This document shows positions 42,419 to 53,433 of a stretch of 64,000 bases of DNA, in pieces. Where the stretch lies: contig CAWFXA010000002.1 in the NCBI GenBank assembly GCA_963819655.1, forward strand, positions 288,001 to 352,000. The letters are read 5' to 3'. Numbering within the stretch: position 1 is the first letter of the stretch; each line of letters opens with the position of its first letter. Origin of the DNA: an uncultured Chloroflexia bacterium. Lineage in GTDB: Bacteria > Chloroflexota > Limnocylindria > Limnocylindrales > CSP1-4. A program made the translations under genes and the position numbers. The notes beneath the pieces were generated by a model. The model was not told the origin of the DNA and made no database searches. It saw only the letters and a program-made list of their open reading frames with translations.

Positions 42419-42958
42419 ATGCCAGAGGATGAGATCGACCGGATCGTCACGCAGTGGAATCGGACGCGCCCGGATCTCGACGTATCGCCGACGCACGTGC
42501 TGCAGCGGATCACCCGACTGGGAATGCTCCAGGGCGCGAGCTTCGCCCGGGTCTTCGCCCGGCACGGACTGTCGTGGGGCGAGTACGTCGTGCTGGCGGC
42601 CCTCCGCCGCGCCGGGCCGCCGTACCAGATGAGCCCGACCGCGCTCTACGGCGCGATCATCCTGTCGTCCGGTGGCATGACCAAGCGCCTCGACCGCCTC
42701 GAGCAGGCTGGGCTCGTCGAGCGCATCCCGGACCCAGCGGATCGGCGCGGTCGACTCGTGGCGCTGACCGACAAGGGCCGCGAGCTCGTCGACCGCGCGG
42801 TCATCGAGCACCTCGACAACGAGCAGCGGCTGCTGAGCGCGTTGTCCGCGGACGAACGCGAGGAGCTGAGCGATCTCTTGAGGAAGCTCCTCGTCTCGGA
42901 GCCGTTCAAGGCGCTCGATCCGGCCACCCTTCCGGACGACTTGGCTGAGGGCGGCTGA
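42419..42958 (+). CDS. MarR family regulator (TamR/PecS-like)
   Basis: QWNRTRPDLD, LRRAGPPY, SSGGMTKRLDRLE and DRRGRLVALT motifs. Confidence 0.9.
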   Translation: MPEDEIDRIVTQWNRTRPDLDVSPTHVLQRITRLGMLQGASFARVFARHGLSWGEYVVLAALRRAGPPYQMSPTALYGAIILSSGGMTKRLDRLEQAGLVERIPDPADRRGRLVALTDKGRELVDRAVIEHLDNEQRLLSALSADEREELSDLLRKLLVSEPFKALDPATLPDDLAEGG

Positions 42959-42988
42959 GAACGAAATGGGCTGGTGGTTGGCCGGTGA

Positions 42989-44203
42989 TCAGTCGCTCGC
43001 CGGCGCCTCTCCCCACGCGTTGGCGCCGATGAATCGAAAGACCACGAAGAACCACAGGATCGACAGGATCGCGACGAGTAGGAGCGCGAGGAGCCATGGG
43101 GCAGGCCGCAGCCAGCCGACGCCGATCGCCGCCACCGCTCCGGCTGCGAAGGCCAGGGGCAGAGGTCGGTAGACCTCTGCGAGTCGATCAGCATCGGCGA
43201 GCGAGCGCTCGATGACGATCAGGGAGACCAGTCCCAGGGCGACTGCGCCGGCCAGCAACCATCCGGTGCCCTCGCTCGTACTCGCGTCATGGGCGTTGGC
43301 GATGAGGCTCGTCATACCGGCCCCGGCGGCGGCGATGGACAGCGTGATCGGCAGATGGCTCAACAACCAGTTCGCGACGGAGCGACCATCGGTCCGTGGG
43401 GCACGCCGCCCGACGACGTCGAAATAGATCCACCAGAAGCCGAAACCCAGGATGAGGGCGATCACACCGGTCGCGATCGTCGTCACGTCGTGGTCCGCCG
43501 CTGTCAAGCCATCCACGACCCCGAAGATGACCTCGCCGAGCACGATGATCGTGAACAGCCCGAGGCGCTCGACCAGGGACTCCGTCGGCATCACGGCCGG
43601 GCTGAGGCCGACGGTGGACCTCCCGGCCAGCACGATCGCCCCGACCCACGCGACGGAATTCGCAGCCCACACGAAGAGTCGCGCATCGGGCGGGAGAAAG
43701 GCGCTGACCAGGAACACGACGACCGACACCGCCGTGCCCGCGTTGTACCGGGCGGTCACCACCATGTACTCGGGGCTGTCCTGCCGCCGCACGTTGTTCC
43801 ACTGCCAGGTCATGAACGCGAGGAAGACCGCGTAGACCACCGCGAAGGCTGGACCGGTGTCTCCAGCCGCGTCGGCTGTGAACACGGCGAGCACAACAAG
43901 GATGCCCATCTGGACGAAGACGAGAGTGCGGGTCCGCCCGTCGTCCCGCCCATGCAACTCGACGTACAGCGAGCCGTTGACCCATGCGATCCAGATGACC
44001 GAGAAGATGACCGCGAACTCCGCGAACCCGCGGACCGTCACGTGCTCGGCGAGATGGTGGGCTGCCTGGCCGATCACCGCGACGTAGACGAGGTCGTAGA
44101 AGAGCTCGAGGAAGCTGACGTTGCGGTGGGCGATGACGTCGCCATGCGGGCGTGGCGGACGCCACAACCACTCCTTGAAGCGTCGCTTCGTCTCGACCGT
44201 CAT
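42989..44203 (-). CDS. ltrA: Low temperature requirement protein A family membrane protein
   Basis: LELFYDLVYV and ERLGLFTIIVLGE motifs. Confidence 0.9.
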   Translation of the reverse strand: MTVETKRRFKEWLWRPPRPHGDVIAHRNVSFLELFYDLVYVAVIGQAAHHLAEHVTVRGFAEFAVIFSVIWIAWVNGSLYVELHGRDDGRTRTLVFVQMGILVVLAVFTADAAGDTGPAFAVVYAVFLAFMTWQWNNVRRQDSPEYMVVTARYNAGTAVSVVVFLVSAFLPPDARLFVWAANSVAWVGAIVLAGRSTVGLSPAVMPTESLVERLGLFTIIVLGEVIFGVVDGLTAADHDVTTIATGVIALILGFGFWWIYFDVVGRRAPRTDGRSVANWLLSHLPITLSIAAAGAGMTSLIANAHDASTSEGTGWLLAGAVALGLVSLIVIERSLADADRLAEVYRPLPLAFAAGAVAAIGVGWLRPAPWLLALLLVAILSILWFFVVFRFIGANAWGEAPASD

Positions 44204-44370
44204 GCGCGTCAGCGTAGCCGCCGCGGGTACGGCCGCGACGTCTACCGAGCGAGCGGGCTACCGCCTGCCGGAGCCGACCTCCAACTGATCGGGGCGGAGC
44301 AACTTCAATCCGACGCGGCCGACGCGTGTGAGCGTCCCTTCGCGCTCCAGCTGGCGCAGGACCCGCCCGG

Positions 44371-45195
44371 TCATCCGGTGATCTCGGCTCGATCGGTCAC
44401 CAGCGCGGCGACGAGCAGCGCACCGACCAGCCAGACGACGACGAGCAGGAATGCCGTCTCCTGCGACAGAGCCACGGTCGTCGGCGCGCCGCCCCCGCCA
44501 CCGAAGCCTGGGGCCGCGCCGAGCGAGGCGTCAGCGACGCTGAACGGCCCGTACTTGACGATGTCAGGCAGGAAGACGCCCGCGAACGCCTCGCCGAAAT
44601 AGAACGCGATCCCCGCGCCGATGCCTGCGAGCTGACTGCGCGCGAGCGTCGCGATCGCGAAACCGAGCGCACATTCCTCGACGATGGCGACCCAGCCGCG
44701 GAGCATCTGCTCGGGTAACCGACCGATGGTCACGGCGTCGGTGATGCCGTCGAGCGGCACGCCGGCGATCGTGGCGCCTAGCGCTGCCGCACCGACCGCC
44801 ACGGCAAAGGCGAACAGCAGCCCGCCGGCCAGGACGATCGCGATCGCGGCGAATGCCGTCAGCACGTACCACACGCGACTCTCGCCACGAGCGACCGCAG
44901 CCTTCAGTGTCCCCCAGTTCCATTCCGAGCCGGCGATCGCGGCCCCGTAGAGCACCGCGAACAGGCCGCCCAGGCCAAGGAGGAACCTCAGGATCTGATC
45001 GTAGGCCCCTGGGAAAGTGACCAGCAGGAGCGGATCGGCGCCGCCCTGCTCTCCATCCGGAGGCAGGTTGCCACTGGCCGCCGTCGTCGCGACGGCCACC
45101 ATGATCAACGCCAACAGGCCGGCCAGGAGGCCGAAGGTCAGCCACGTCGCGGGGCGTCGAATGAGCTTGCGCAGGTTCGCGGTGAACAGTCTCAT
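44371..45195 (-). CDS. ABC-2 type transporter permease
   Basis: GSEWNWGTLK motif; six TM helices. Confidence 0.85.
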   Translation of the reverse strand: MRLFTANLRKLIRRPATWLTFGLLAGLLALIMVAVATTAASGNLPPDGEQGGADPLLLVTFPGAYDQILRFLLGLGGLFAVLYGAAIAGSEWNWGTLKAAVARGESRVWYVLTAFAAIAIVLAGGLLFAFAVAVGAAALGATIAGVPLDGITDAVTIGRLPEQMLRGWVAIVEECALGFAIATLARSQLAGIGAGIAFYFGEAFAGVFLPDIVKYGPFSVADASLGAAPGFGGGGGAPTTVALSQETAFLLVVVWLVGALLVAALVTDRAEITG

Positions 45196-46184
45196 CGTGT
45201 TGTGTCCGTGGGCTCCGGAGCGGCACCGGCTTGGCCCATGAACGTCCCATCCGGGTCGGAGGCGCTCTTCGTCAGTTCGAGGAACAGATCTTCGAGGTCA
45301 CTGCCGGCCTCCAGCCGCGTCGCGTAGATGTCGCGGGCGACGAGCGCTCGGTTGACCTCGCCGGCTCGTTCAGGCGAGACATGCACCGTCAACCAACCCG
45401 GCTCGTTGGCCGATGGCTGGACCTCCTCGGACGGGAACGCGACGGCGATCGACTGGACGGCGACGGGCACGGCTTCCGTCGGGACGCGGACGCGAACCAC
45501 GCCCGAGGTGTCGAGGAGATCGGACACCCGGCCCTCGCGGACGAGCCGCCCGGCGGCGATGATCCCGACGATGTCCGCCATCTGCTGGACCTCGGCAAGC
45601 AGGTGGCTCGACACGAACACCGTCGTCCCGTTGCGCGCGAGTTGGGTCAGGAGCTCGCGCATCGCGACGATGCCTGCCGGGTCGAGCCCGTTCGCCGGCT
45701 CATCGAGCAACAGGAGGCGCGGCTCACTCAGCAGGGCGCCGGCGATACCGAGGCGCTGCTTCATCCCGAGCGAGTAGCCCGACACCTTGTCGCGGGCTCG
45801 TTCTCGCAAGCCGACGAGCTCGAGCAGCTCCTCGATCCGGCCGGGACGCGTTCGCGGACCGGTTGCCGCGAGGGCGCGCAAATTCTCGCGGCCCGACAGG
45901 TACGGGTAGAAGGACGGCAATTCGACCAGCGAACCGACATCGAACAGCCGGCGGCGATCACCCCGTTTGAACGGCCGGCCGAGCATGTCCACGCTGCCCC
46001 CGTCAGCGTGGATGAGGCCGGTCAGGATGCGCATGGTGGTCGTCTTGCCGGCCCCGTTCGGGCCGAGGAAGCCATAGACGACCCCGTCGGGGACGCTGAG
46101 ATCGAGACCGGCCAGCGCCACGCGCGAGCCATAGCTCTTCCGGAGGTCGTGGGTGGCGAGCGCCACGCCGCTCGAGGCTGTCAT
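45192..46184 (-). CDS. ABC transporter ATP-binding protein (BcrA-like)
   Basis: GPNGAGKTT, YSLGMKQRLG, LDEPANGLDP and SSHLL motifs. Confidence 0.93.
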   Translation of the reverse strand: MTASSGVALATHDLRKSYGSRVALAGLDLSVPDGVVYGFLGPNGAGKTTTMRILTGLIHADGGSVDMLGRPFKRGDRRRLFDVGSLVELPSFYPYLSGRENLRALAATGPRTRPGRIEELLELVGLRERARDKVSGYSLGMKQRLGIAGALLSEPRLLLLDEPANGLDPAGIVAMRELLTQLARNGTTVFVSSHLLAEVQQMADIVGIIAAGRLVREGRVSDLLDTSGVVRVRVPTEAVPVAVQSIAVAFPSEEVQPSANEPGWLTVHVSPERAGEVNRALVARDIYATRLEAGSDLEDLFLELTKSASDPDGTFMGQAGAAPEPTDTTR

Positions 46185-46366
46185 GAGGTCGGTCCTTCGT
46201 CCTTGGGCTGCGAGGGGTACCGCCTCAGGGGACGGCGGCGCTGATCACCGTCGGCTCCAATGATGGGCCACCGAGGCGAAGCCGGCCGCCGACCCGCATC
46301 CGGGCGCCGCGCCCGACCTCTTTCGACCCGCCGACGTTCTTCGCCCTCCGCAGGCGCCGACCGCGA

Positions 46367-46750
46367 TCACTCGTCGGGCATGACCCGCCGGTCGCCGACC
46401 GGAACCCCCGCGGCGGGGAATGCCAGTGTCCCCGCAGCGACCCACCACTCCATGAGGTCGTAGCTCAACCGTCCGGCCTGGATCGATGGATCGGCGTCGC
46501 TAAGCCGCGCGGCCTCGTCCAGGCTACAGGCGAAGATCGAGAGCCCACGCATGGTGGAGTCGGACTGCTCCCCGAGCGGTCCGTTGGCGACCACCAGGCC
46601 ATCCCGGCGCAGCTTGGCGCGGTACGCGAGATGCCGGGCCTGGAGGGCATCGAGCTCGTGATCGGGCATGTCCGGCGCGTCGGCTGGGCGGCGCAGCAGG
46701 ACGAGCGTATAGACATCGAACGCGTCGGGGATGTTCGGGTCGCGCGGCAT
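46367..46750 (-). CDS. YciI family protein
   Basis: QARHLAY, NGP and DPSIQAG motifs. Confidence 0.8.
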   Translation of the reverse strand: MPRDPNIPDAFDVYTLVLLRRPADAPDMPDHELDALQARHLAYRAKLRRDGLVVANGPLGEQSDSTMRGLSIFACSLDEAARLSDADPSIQAGRLSYDLMEWWVAAGTLAFPAAGVPVGDRRVMPDE

Positions 46751-46847
46751 GGGAGACACGATATCGCGCGATCATGAACGCCCGGGTGGCGATCCTCGAC
46801 GCGATCGACGCCCGCGTCTACGTCGACGAGAAGGCGGCAGCGGTCGT

Positions 46848-48985
46848 CTAGCCAGCCGCCTCGGGACCTGGCTCCCCTGCTGGTCCCGTCCCCGGGATCG
46901 AACAGGTTGGCGATGGATCGCCAGGTCGCCCCGAAGATCGCGATCGACGGGACGATCAGGAACATCCCGACGAGCCCGCCGATCGCCGCGCCGACCGGGG
47001 CCGCGAGCAACACGACGGCCGGGTGGACGTGGACGGTCCGGCCGAGGACGAGCGGCGCGACGAAGTTCCCGATCAGGATGTTGTTGACGACGGTGAGGAC
47101 CGCCATCAGCGCGACTGTGGTCGGGCCACCCACGGCGACCGCGACGAGGAACGCGACCCCGCTCGCGATGAACCCACCGATGTACGGGATGAAGCCCCCG
47201 AAGAACGTCAGGACGCCGATCGGGAATGCGAGCGGGAGCCCGAGCACGGTCATCATCACGAATTGCAGCGCACCGGCGATGACAGAGACGATACCCGTGC
47301 CGAACGTGGAGCCGTTGAGGATCCTGGCAGCGCTGGCGCCGGACTCCCCCAGCTCGCGGCGGTGGGCGGCGGGCACGTGGTCGAGGAGGGCGGTCCACCA
47401 CCCTGGACCGTCGCGCACGAAGAAGAACGTCAGCAGCGCGGCCGAGACGAGCGCGAGGCTGATCGAGGCGAGATTCTCGAGCACGGCCCGCGACGCGTCG
47501 AGCAGCGTTCCCTGGACCGTTTCGAGGACCTCGGTGAGGCTCGCCCCTCCGACGATGTGCCCGGCCCCGGCGATCGCCTCGTCGAGGATCGCGGGCAGCT
47601 GCTGCGCGAGCGAGGCGACCGTCACGACCAGGATCGTGACGACGATCAGGGCGCTCGCCAGCGTGACCGTGAGCGCGGCCGCGGTCGGGCCGAGCCCGCG
47701 GGTGCGCACGGCGTCAAAGGCGGGCTTCGAGGCGCACGCGACGACGAGCGCGACGACCACCGGCGCCGTCAGGATGGGCGCGACGAGCGTCTGGGCGGCC
47801 ACGGCGAGCACAGCGACGATGACGAGTGCCCGCCAGCCCCATTGGGCGACCCGGTCGAGCCACGCCGGGACGAACGCATGCTGCGGTGGCGTTCCCGGCG
47901 GGTCCCCGAGGACCGTGACGATGGCGGGAGCAAACGCGATCACGGCCGCGGCGACCGGGACCGCGAGGAGGAGGCCGGCCAGCCCGAAAAGCGCGGCGCC
48001 GGCCGGCGCGACGACGAGCACGAGCGCGGGATGCACCCGAGTCGCGCCCGCATAGACCCGGCGCGCGAGGAGCCGCCGCCTCGCTATGGCGGTAGCCGCG
48101 ATGAGCGCGAGCAGCGCGAGGGCCGCTCCTCCGCCGGCGGTCACAAGGGTGATCAGCAGCAGCACCACCGTGGTCGCGATCGCGCCGAGGTATGGGACGA
48201 ACGCGCCGACGAAGACGAGGACGGCCAGCGGGCCGGCGAACGGGACGCCAAGCACAGCGAGGTAGATCGCCTGGGTGATGCCGTTGATAGTGGCGGTGAG
48301 TGCCATGCCGCGGAGGTATGCACCGATCTGGGCGGTGGCGGCGACCGCCCTGGCGTCGAGCGTGTCCGTCTGCCAGGGGTCCAGCTTCGCGGTCAGATTC
48401 GCCCAAGCGCGGTCGGCGTCCTCGAGGAGATAGAACGTCAGGAACCCACCGAGGATCAGGACGGTGACGAGGGTTCCAACGGGACCCACGAGCGACCTGG
48501 CGGCGTCCGGGGCCGCCGCCTCGAGCTGGGCCGTGGCGCGTCCGAGCGCCTCGACGACCGACGGCGGGATCCCGAGATTCCTCAGCTCGGCTTCGATCCT
48601 GGCCGTGCCTTCACCGGCAAGAGCTGCGACGTCACCGAGGTAGGGGACGAACGCGAGCACGATCAGCAGGGCGGCGACGAGCACCGAGACCAGTGACATC
48701 ACGCTGGCGATGGCCGCCGCCCTGGCCCGCGTCCAGCCTCGCGCTCGCAGGGCCCGAACGAGAGGGCTGAACGTCGCGGCGATGACCACACCGACGACGA
48801 CGGCAAGGACCGCCGTCGAGAGCGCGATCGCTAGCCTGTGCGAGGACCGCCCCGAGCGCGACCGCGACGAGGACCCGCCAGCCGATGGCGGCCCCGCCGC
48901 GGAGCCACGCGGGCACGAGCCTCGTGCGGGCCTGATCGACGCCTGCCGGGAGCGGGCCCGCGACAGACCGCGTGGGCAGGGCCAT
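46848..48985 (-). CDS. AI-2E family transporter with two tandem domains, frameshifted
   Basis: Two repeats (FVPYLG/FIPYIG, VHPA..L); ends approximate. Confidence 0.8.
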
Positions 48986-49131
48986 CGCTCACCTCCCTCG
49001 CCGGGCTGTCCGTGCGCCGGCGTCTCCGTCGCGGGACCAGATCGCGGACCCGTTTCGCGGCCGTGAACTTCCGGGCGCCAGCCGACCGTCAGGTGCGGTC
49101 GTCGCCACCCATCGCGGCGAGGCCGTCGCCA

Positions 49132-49219
49132 GAGTGTGACGCTCTAACGAGCGTTCTGACCACCGAATCCGCGCTCGGCGCGGCGCATGATAGACCTTCA
49201 CACCAGACGCCGAAGCTCC
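49132..49219 (+). repeat. Degenerate right-end module (copy R0), no tRNA fragment
   Basis: GAGTGTGACGCTCTAACGAGCGTT...GAATCCG.GCTCG...TAGACCTTC-N12-GAAGCTCC aligns with 63291-63378. Confidence 0.75.
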
Positions 49220-49251
49220 GGCCGAGTGTGAGCCGGTACGTCCTGAGCGGG

Positions 49252-49908
49252 CTACGCTCCCGATTCCGGCGGCAGGAGCGCTGCGATCATCTGCTCGGCC
49301 GCCAGCTCTCCGAATCGCTCCGCTGACCACCCTCGGCGAATCACGAGCAGCTCGTACAACTCGGGCGCTGTGTAGGTCCACAAGATGTCGCGGGCATCGT
49401 TGAGGGTCAGTTCAGTGCGGATGTCGCCACGCTCGAAGAGCGTGCGCGCGTTTATCTCCATCCGTCGCAGCCGGAGTTCATCCACCTCTGCGACCAGCTC
49501 GGCCATCCGCACATCCGACGCGGCTGCGGCGCGGATCAGCAGCACGACCGGCGTGACACGCGATGCCACTTCCGTGATGAACCCGCCCCAACCTCGGATG
49601 AGACTTCGTGGGTCGCCCTCGGTGGTGCGGATCGCATCCGAACGTTCCTCCGCGGGAACCGGGCCTGCGCCCTCGAGACTCTCCAGCCAGATCGCACGAA
49701 CGAGTCCAGGCTTCCCGCCGAAGGATTTGTAGATCGTTTCAGGGGAGACGCCCGCTGCAGCTGCGATCGCGCCGATCGTCGTCCCGGCATAACCGTGGTC
49801 GAGAAGGAGGCGACGAGCCGCCTCGAGAATGTCTTGGCGGGTCCTGTCCGCCTGCTGACGGCGTCGCCGAGAGTCGTACCGACGACGGTCCTTGACTGGC
49901 TCTGACAT
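49252..49908 (-). CDS. TetR/AcrR family regulator
   Basis: RRYDSRRR and GYAGTTIGAIAAAAGVSPETIYKSFGGK HTH. Confidence 0.92.
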   Translation of the reverse strand: MSEPVKDRRRYDSRRRRQQADRTRQDILEAARRLLLDHGYAGTTIGAIAAAAGVSPETIYKSFGGKPGLVRAIWLESLEGAGPVPAEERSDAIRTTEGDPRSLIRGWGGFITEVASRVTPVVLLIRAAAASDVRMAELVAEVDELRLRRMEINARTLFERGDIRTELTLNDARDILWTYTAPELYELLVIRRGWSAERFGELAAEQMIAALLPPESGA

Positions 49909-49910
49909 TA

Positions 49911-49928
49911 GTTCCAGTATAGTGGAAC
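49911..49928. promoter_or_regulatory. Palindromic operator at the TetR start
   Basis: GTTCCA-GTATAG-TGGAAC just upstream of the ATG. Confidence 0.55.
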
Positions 49929-50250
49929 GATTACACCACGCTGTACGCGTCCGTGGCCCGGCCCGAGAGTCACCCGCACCTGTGGCCGCGACGTGTCGAT
50001 CACCGCGCTCCAGCCGGTCGACATCACTGAATGCGAGCTCGGCGCCCTACCCGGCGAGGATCTGCTCGCCCTCATCCGCAGCTGGGTCCCCGCGAGCACC
50101 CACGATCTGATCGCGACGAGCGTGCTCCTCCGAGCGCACAAGGCGGCCCAGGCAAGGCTCCCCGGCCACAGCCAGGCATGAGCGGCGAGCTCGTCGCTCG
50201 ACGTCGATGTCGGGCCGGGCACATGCTCGGAGTCCTGCTCCCAGCGCCGC

Positions 50251-53200
50251 TCACCCAGCTGTTCGAGCCACCCGATTGAGGGCAGCGAGCGCCCGTTCGT
50301 CGTCGGCGACCACGGCGACGCTGCCCTTGCGGGTGTCGAGCTCGATGGCCTTGCGGACCGCGGCGATAGCCTCGTCGTGGCGACCTGCGGCCTCCTTGAC
50401 GTCGGCGGCCGCCCGCAGCGTCCAGGCATGGAACGTCAGGAAGTCGGTCGTCTCGAAGTACGCAAGCGCCTCGCTGATGGCTGCGTCGGCCTCTGCGTGC
50501 CGCCCCTCCGCCGCCCTGACTCGGGCGACGGACCCGAGGGCCACCGCCCGGAGCCAGCCGCCGCCCTCAAGACCGCGTGCCGCGGCCGACGCCGCGAGGT
50601 CGCGATCCCCGGCAAGCCAGGCATTGCGGGCCAGGAAACCGGCGAGCATCGCGCTCGGCGCGCCCATCTGGTCCGTCTGCTCGAGGCCGTCCTTCAGTAC
50701 CTCCATCGCGGCGCGCGCATCGCCGGCCACCTGCTCGACGTCGGCCGCCAGCTCGGAGAGGAGCGCACGTGATGCCGCCTGGCCAAGCTCGTCGAGGATC
50801 GCGAGGCACTTGGCCGCTAACTCGCGCGCCTCGTCGAAGCGGCCCAGCCGGGCGACGAGGTGGGCCATCGCGTGCCACATCCAGCTCGCGACGGTCGCGC
50901 TGTCAGGCTCGGCCCGGAGGACCTCCTCGCACCGCCGGATGCCGTCCTCGACGGGCGTCGGGCCGGTGTTGAGGACGGCCGACAACTGAAGGTAGCCCAG
51001 CGCAAGCTCGCGCCGCCGGCCGCCGCGACGCGCGTGTTCGATGGCCCGCATCGCGGCCGCCTCCGCTTCGGCCCCGCGGCCAGCCTCCCAGTGACACGCG
51101 GACAGCAGGTCCCACGCGCGGGCCAGACCGACCTCGTCAGCCGCGTTCTCGAACAGCGCGACCGCCTCGTGGGCATCGGCCTCGGCTCGCTCACGGAGCG
51201 GACCGAGCTCGCTGGCTACCCCCCAGTGCTCGACTTTGGCGTGTGCTTCGAGGCGCCTGTCGCCCGAAGCCCGGGCGCCTTCGACGACATCCTCGAGGAT
51301 GGCGTAGGCGCGCGCCAGCTCACCGGTCTCGCCGAGAGCATCGGCGAGCTCGATGGATAACCACGGACGCTCCGGGTCAAGGAGCGGGAGGAGGGCGACG
51401 GTCCGCTCCAGGAGGTTGACGGCGGCCCGCATGTCGCCTCGCGCGACCGCGCGGTGGGCCGCCGAGCCGAGCCGACTCGCGGCGCGCCCTGCGAGGACGG
51501 CCGAGCGGCCGTCGTCCAGACCGAGCTCGACCCGGTTGCGATGGGCCTGCTCGAAGTGATAGCCGACGATCTCCTCGACCTCCCCCAGCCGATCGCCGGT
51601 GGTCTCCGCCAGCCATTCGGCGAAGCGTTCGTGGAGGGCCGCCCGCTCGGTCTTCGCTACCGAATCGTAGGCGGCGTCACGGATGAGGATGTGGCGGAAG
51701 CGGTACACGCCCTCATCGGCGAGGCGTGGCGACTCCGGCCGGATGAGATCCTTGCGCACCAGCGATGTCAGGCAGCCGGCCACCCGGGGACGCTCGGGCT
51801 CGGGCGAGAGGTGGCTCACCGCTCGGTCCTCGAATACCCGGCCGACGATCGAGGCCCGTTCGGCGACCCCTCGTTCCGTCGGATCGAGCCGGTCGAGGCG
51901 TGCGGCCAGAAGCGCCTGGATGTTCGGCGGGATCGGGATGCGGTCGAGTCCGTCGGCGACCCCCCAGCGCTCCCCGTCCGCCGGCCGGATGAAGCCGCCG
52001 TCGACGAGCATCGCGATGAGCTCCTCGAGGTACAGCGGGTTCCCCTCGGCCGCGTCGCTGATCCGGTTGCGCAAGGAGGCAGGCAGCGCGGCTCCCGGGA
52101 CCAGCTGATCGATCAGGACGGTTGCCGCGGACTCGCCCAGTGGCTCGAGCAGGATGGCCGTGGCGTTCAAGCGGCCGCCGCCCCACATGGGACGATCCTC
52201 GAGCAGTTCCGGACGCGCCGAGGCGATGATCAGGACTGCCGATCCGCGGATGAGATCGGCCAGGTGCTCGATGAGGTCGAGCAGGGTCGGCTCGGCCCAA
52301 TGGATGTCGTCGACGATAAGGACGACCGGTCGATCGATCGCGACCCATTCGACCAGCCGGCGGAGCGCCCAGAAGAGCTCCTCCTGGCGAGCCCGACCGG
52401 GCTCGAGCCCGAGGACCTCGGCCAGCCGGCCAGCGATCAGCCGGTCCTCGGGCGCCTCAGGGAGCAGGGCATCGAGCCGGCCGCGCGCGGCGGCCGCGTC
52501 GTCGGTCTCCTTGATCCCCGCCACGGCCCGGACGATCTCGATGACCGGCCAATAGGTGATGCCCTCGCCGTACGGCAGGCAACGGCCGCGCAGGACCGTG
52601 ACCCCGTCCGGCAGGGCGGCGACGAATTCGCGCACGAGCCGGCTCTTGCCGACCCCGGCGGTGCCGAAGATCGTCAGTAGCTGGGCCGTCCGGACGCCAA
52701 CCGCCCGATCGAACACGCCGCGCAGGACGCCGAGCTCAGCATCGCGGGCGACCATCGGCCCGTCGGGTCGACGCGGCTGGTCATCCGCGCCAGGGCGGAT
52801 CGCGATGAGGCGTGCGACGGGGACCGGCTCGATCCGGCCACGGACGGCGAGTGGATCGAGGACCTCGAGCTCGGCGACCTCGCGGACCAGTCGGGTCGTC
52901 TCCGGCCCGAGCAGGATCTCGTCCGGGGCCGCCGCCTGCTCGAGTCGCGCGGCGACGTTTACGGTGTCGCCGGTGACGAGCGTCGGCAGGTCCGGTCCGA
53001 CACCGGCGACCACCGGACCCGTGCAGATGCCGGTCCGAACCCGTAACTCGCTCCCGCGCTCGGCGTTCAAGGTGACAAGCGCCTCACGCATCGCGACCGC
53101 GGCGCGCGCCGCCCGGATGGCGTCGTCCTCGTGGACGGATGGCACGCCGAAGACGGCCATGATGGCATCGCCGATGAACTTCTCGACGGTCCCGCCATAG

Positions 53201-53433
53201 CGCTCGATGACATCGCGCATCGCGGCGAAGTAGTCGGTCATGACGTGGCGGACGGCCTCGGGATCGAGCCGCTCGCCCATCGCCGTCGATCCGACGACGT
53301 CGGCGAACAGCACCGTGACCGTCTTGCGGACCTCACGCGGACGGGGCTCGTCGACCACCAGGCGGGCGCCGCATTCGAGACAGAACTTCGCCTGCTCCGG
53401 GTTGTGCGCCTCGCAGTTCGGGCATGCCCTCAC
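50251..53433 (-). CDS. Class III adenylate/guanylate cyclase with zinc ribbon, AAA/STAND ATPase and TPR domains
   Basis: CPNC..CLECG, LFADVVGST, KFIGDA, GDTVNVAARLE, GTAGVGKS, DDIHWA and GNPLYLEE motifs. Confidence 0.92.
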   Translation of the reverse strand: MRACPNCEAHNPEQAKFCLECGARLVVDEPRPREVRKTVTVLFADVVGSTAMGERLDPEAVRHVMTDYFAAMRDVIERYGGTVEKFIGDAIMAVFGVPSVHEDDAIRAARAAVAMREALVTLNAERGSELRVRTGICTGPVVAGVGPDLPTLVTGDTVNVAARLEQAAAPDEILLGPETTRLVREVAELEVLDPLAVRGRIEPVPVARLIAIRPGADDQPRRPDGPMVARDAELGVLRGVFDRAVGVRTAQLLTIFGTAGVGKSRLVREFVAALPDGVTVLRGRCLPYGEGITYWPVIEIVRAVAGIKETDDAAAARGRLDALLPEAPEDRLIAGRLAEVLGLEPGRARQEELFWALRRLVEWVAIDRPVVLIVDDIHWAEPTLLDLIEHLADLIRGSAVLIIASARPELLEDRPMWGGGRLNATAILLEPLGESAATVLIDQLVPGAALPASLRNRISDAAEGNPLYLEELIAMLVDGGFIRPADGERWGVADGLDRIPIPPNIQALLAARLDRLDPTERGVAERASIVGRVFEDRAVSHLSPEPERPRVAGCLTSLVRKDLIRPESPRLADEGVYRFRHILIRDAAYDSVAKTERAALHERFAEWLAETTGDRLGEVEEIVGYHFEQAHRNRVELGLDDGRSAVLAGRAASRLGSAAHRAVARGDMRAAVNLLERTVALLPLLDPERPWLSIELADALGETGELARAYAILEDVVEGARASGDRRLEAHAKVEHWGVASELGPLRERAEADAHEAVALFENAADEVGLARAWDLLSACHWEAGRGAEAEAAAMRAIEHARRGGRRRELALGYLQLSAVLNTGPTPVEDGIRRCEEVLRAEPDSATVASWMWHAMAHLVARLGRFDEARELAAKCLAILDELGQAASRALLSELAADVEQVAGDARAAMEVLKDGLEQTDQMGAPSAMLAGFLARNAWLAGDRDLAASAAARGLEGGGWLRAVALGSVARVRAAEGRHAEADAAISEALAYFETTDFLTFHAWTLRAAADVKEAAGRHDEAIAAVRKAIELDTRKGSVAVVADDERALAALNRVARTAG

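Noticed and set aside
44210-44365. Possible GNAT C-terminal remnant or regulatory element
   Set aside because: Too short and degenerate to support.
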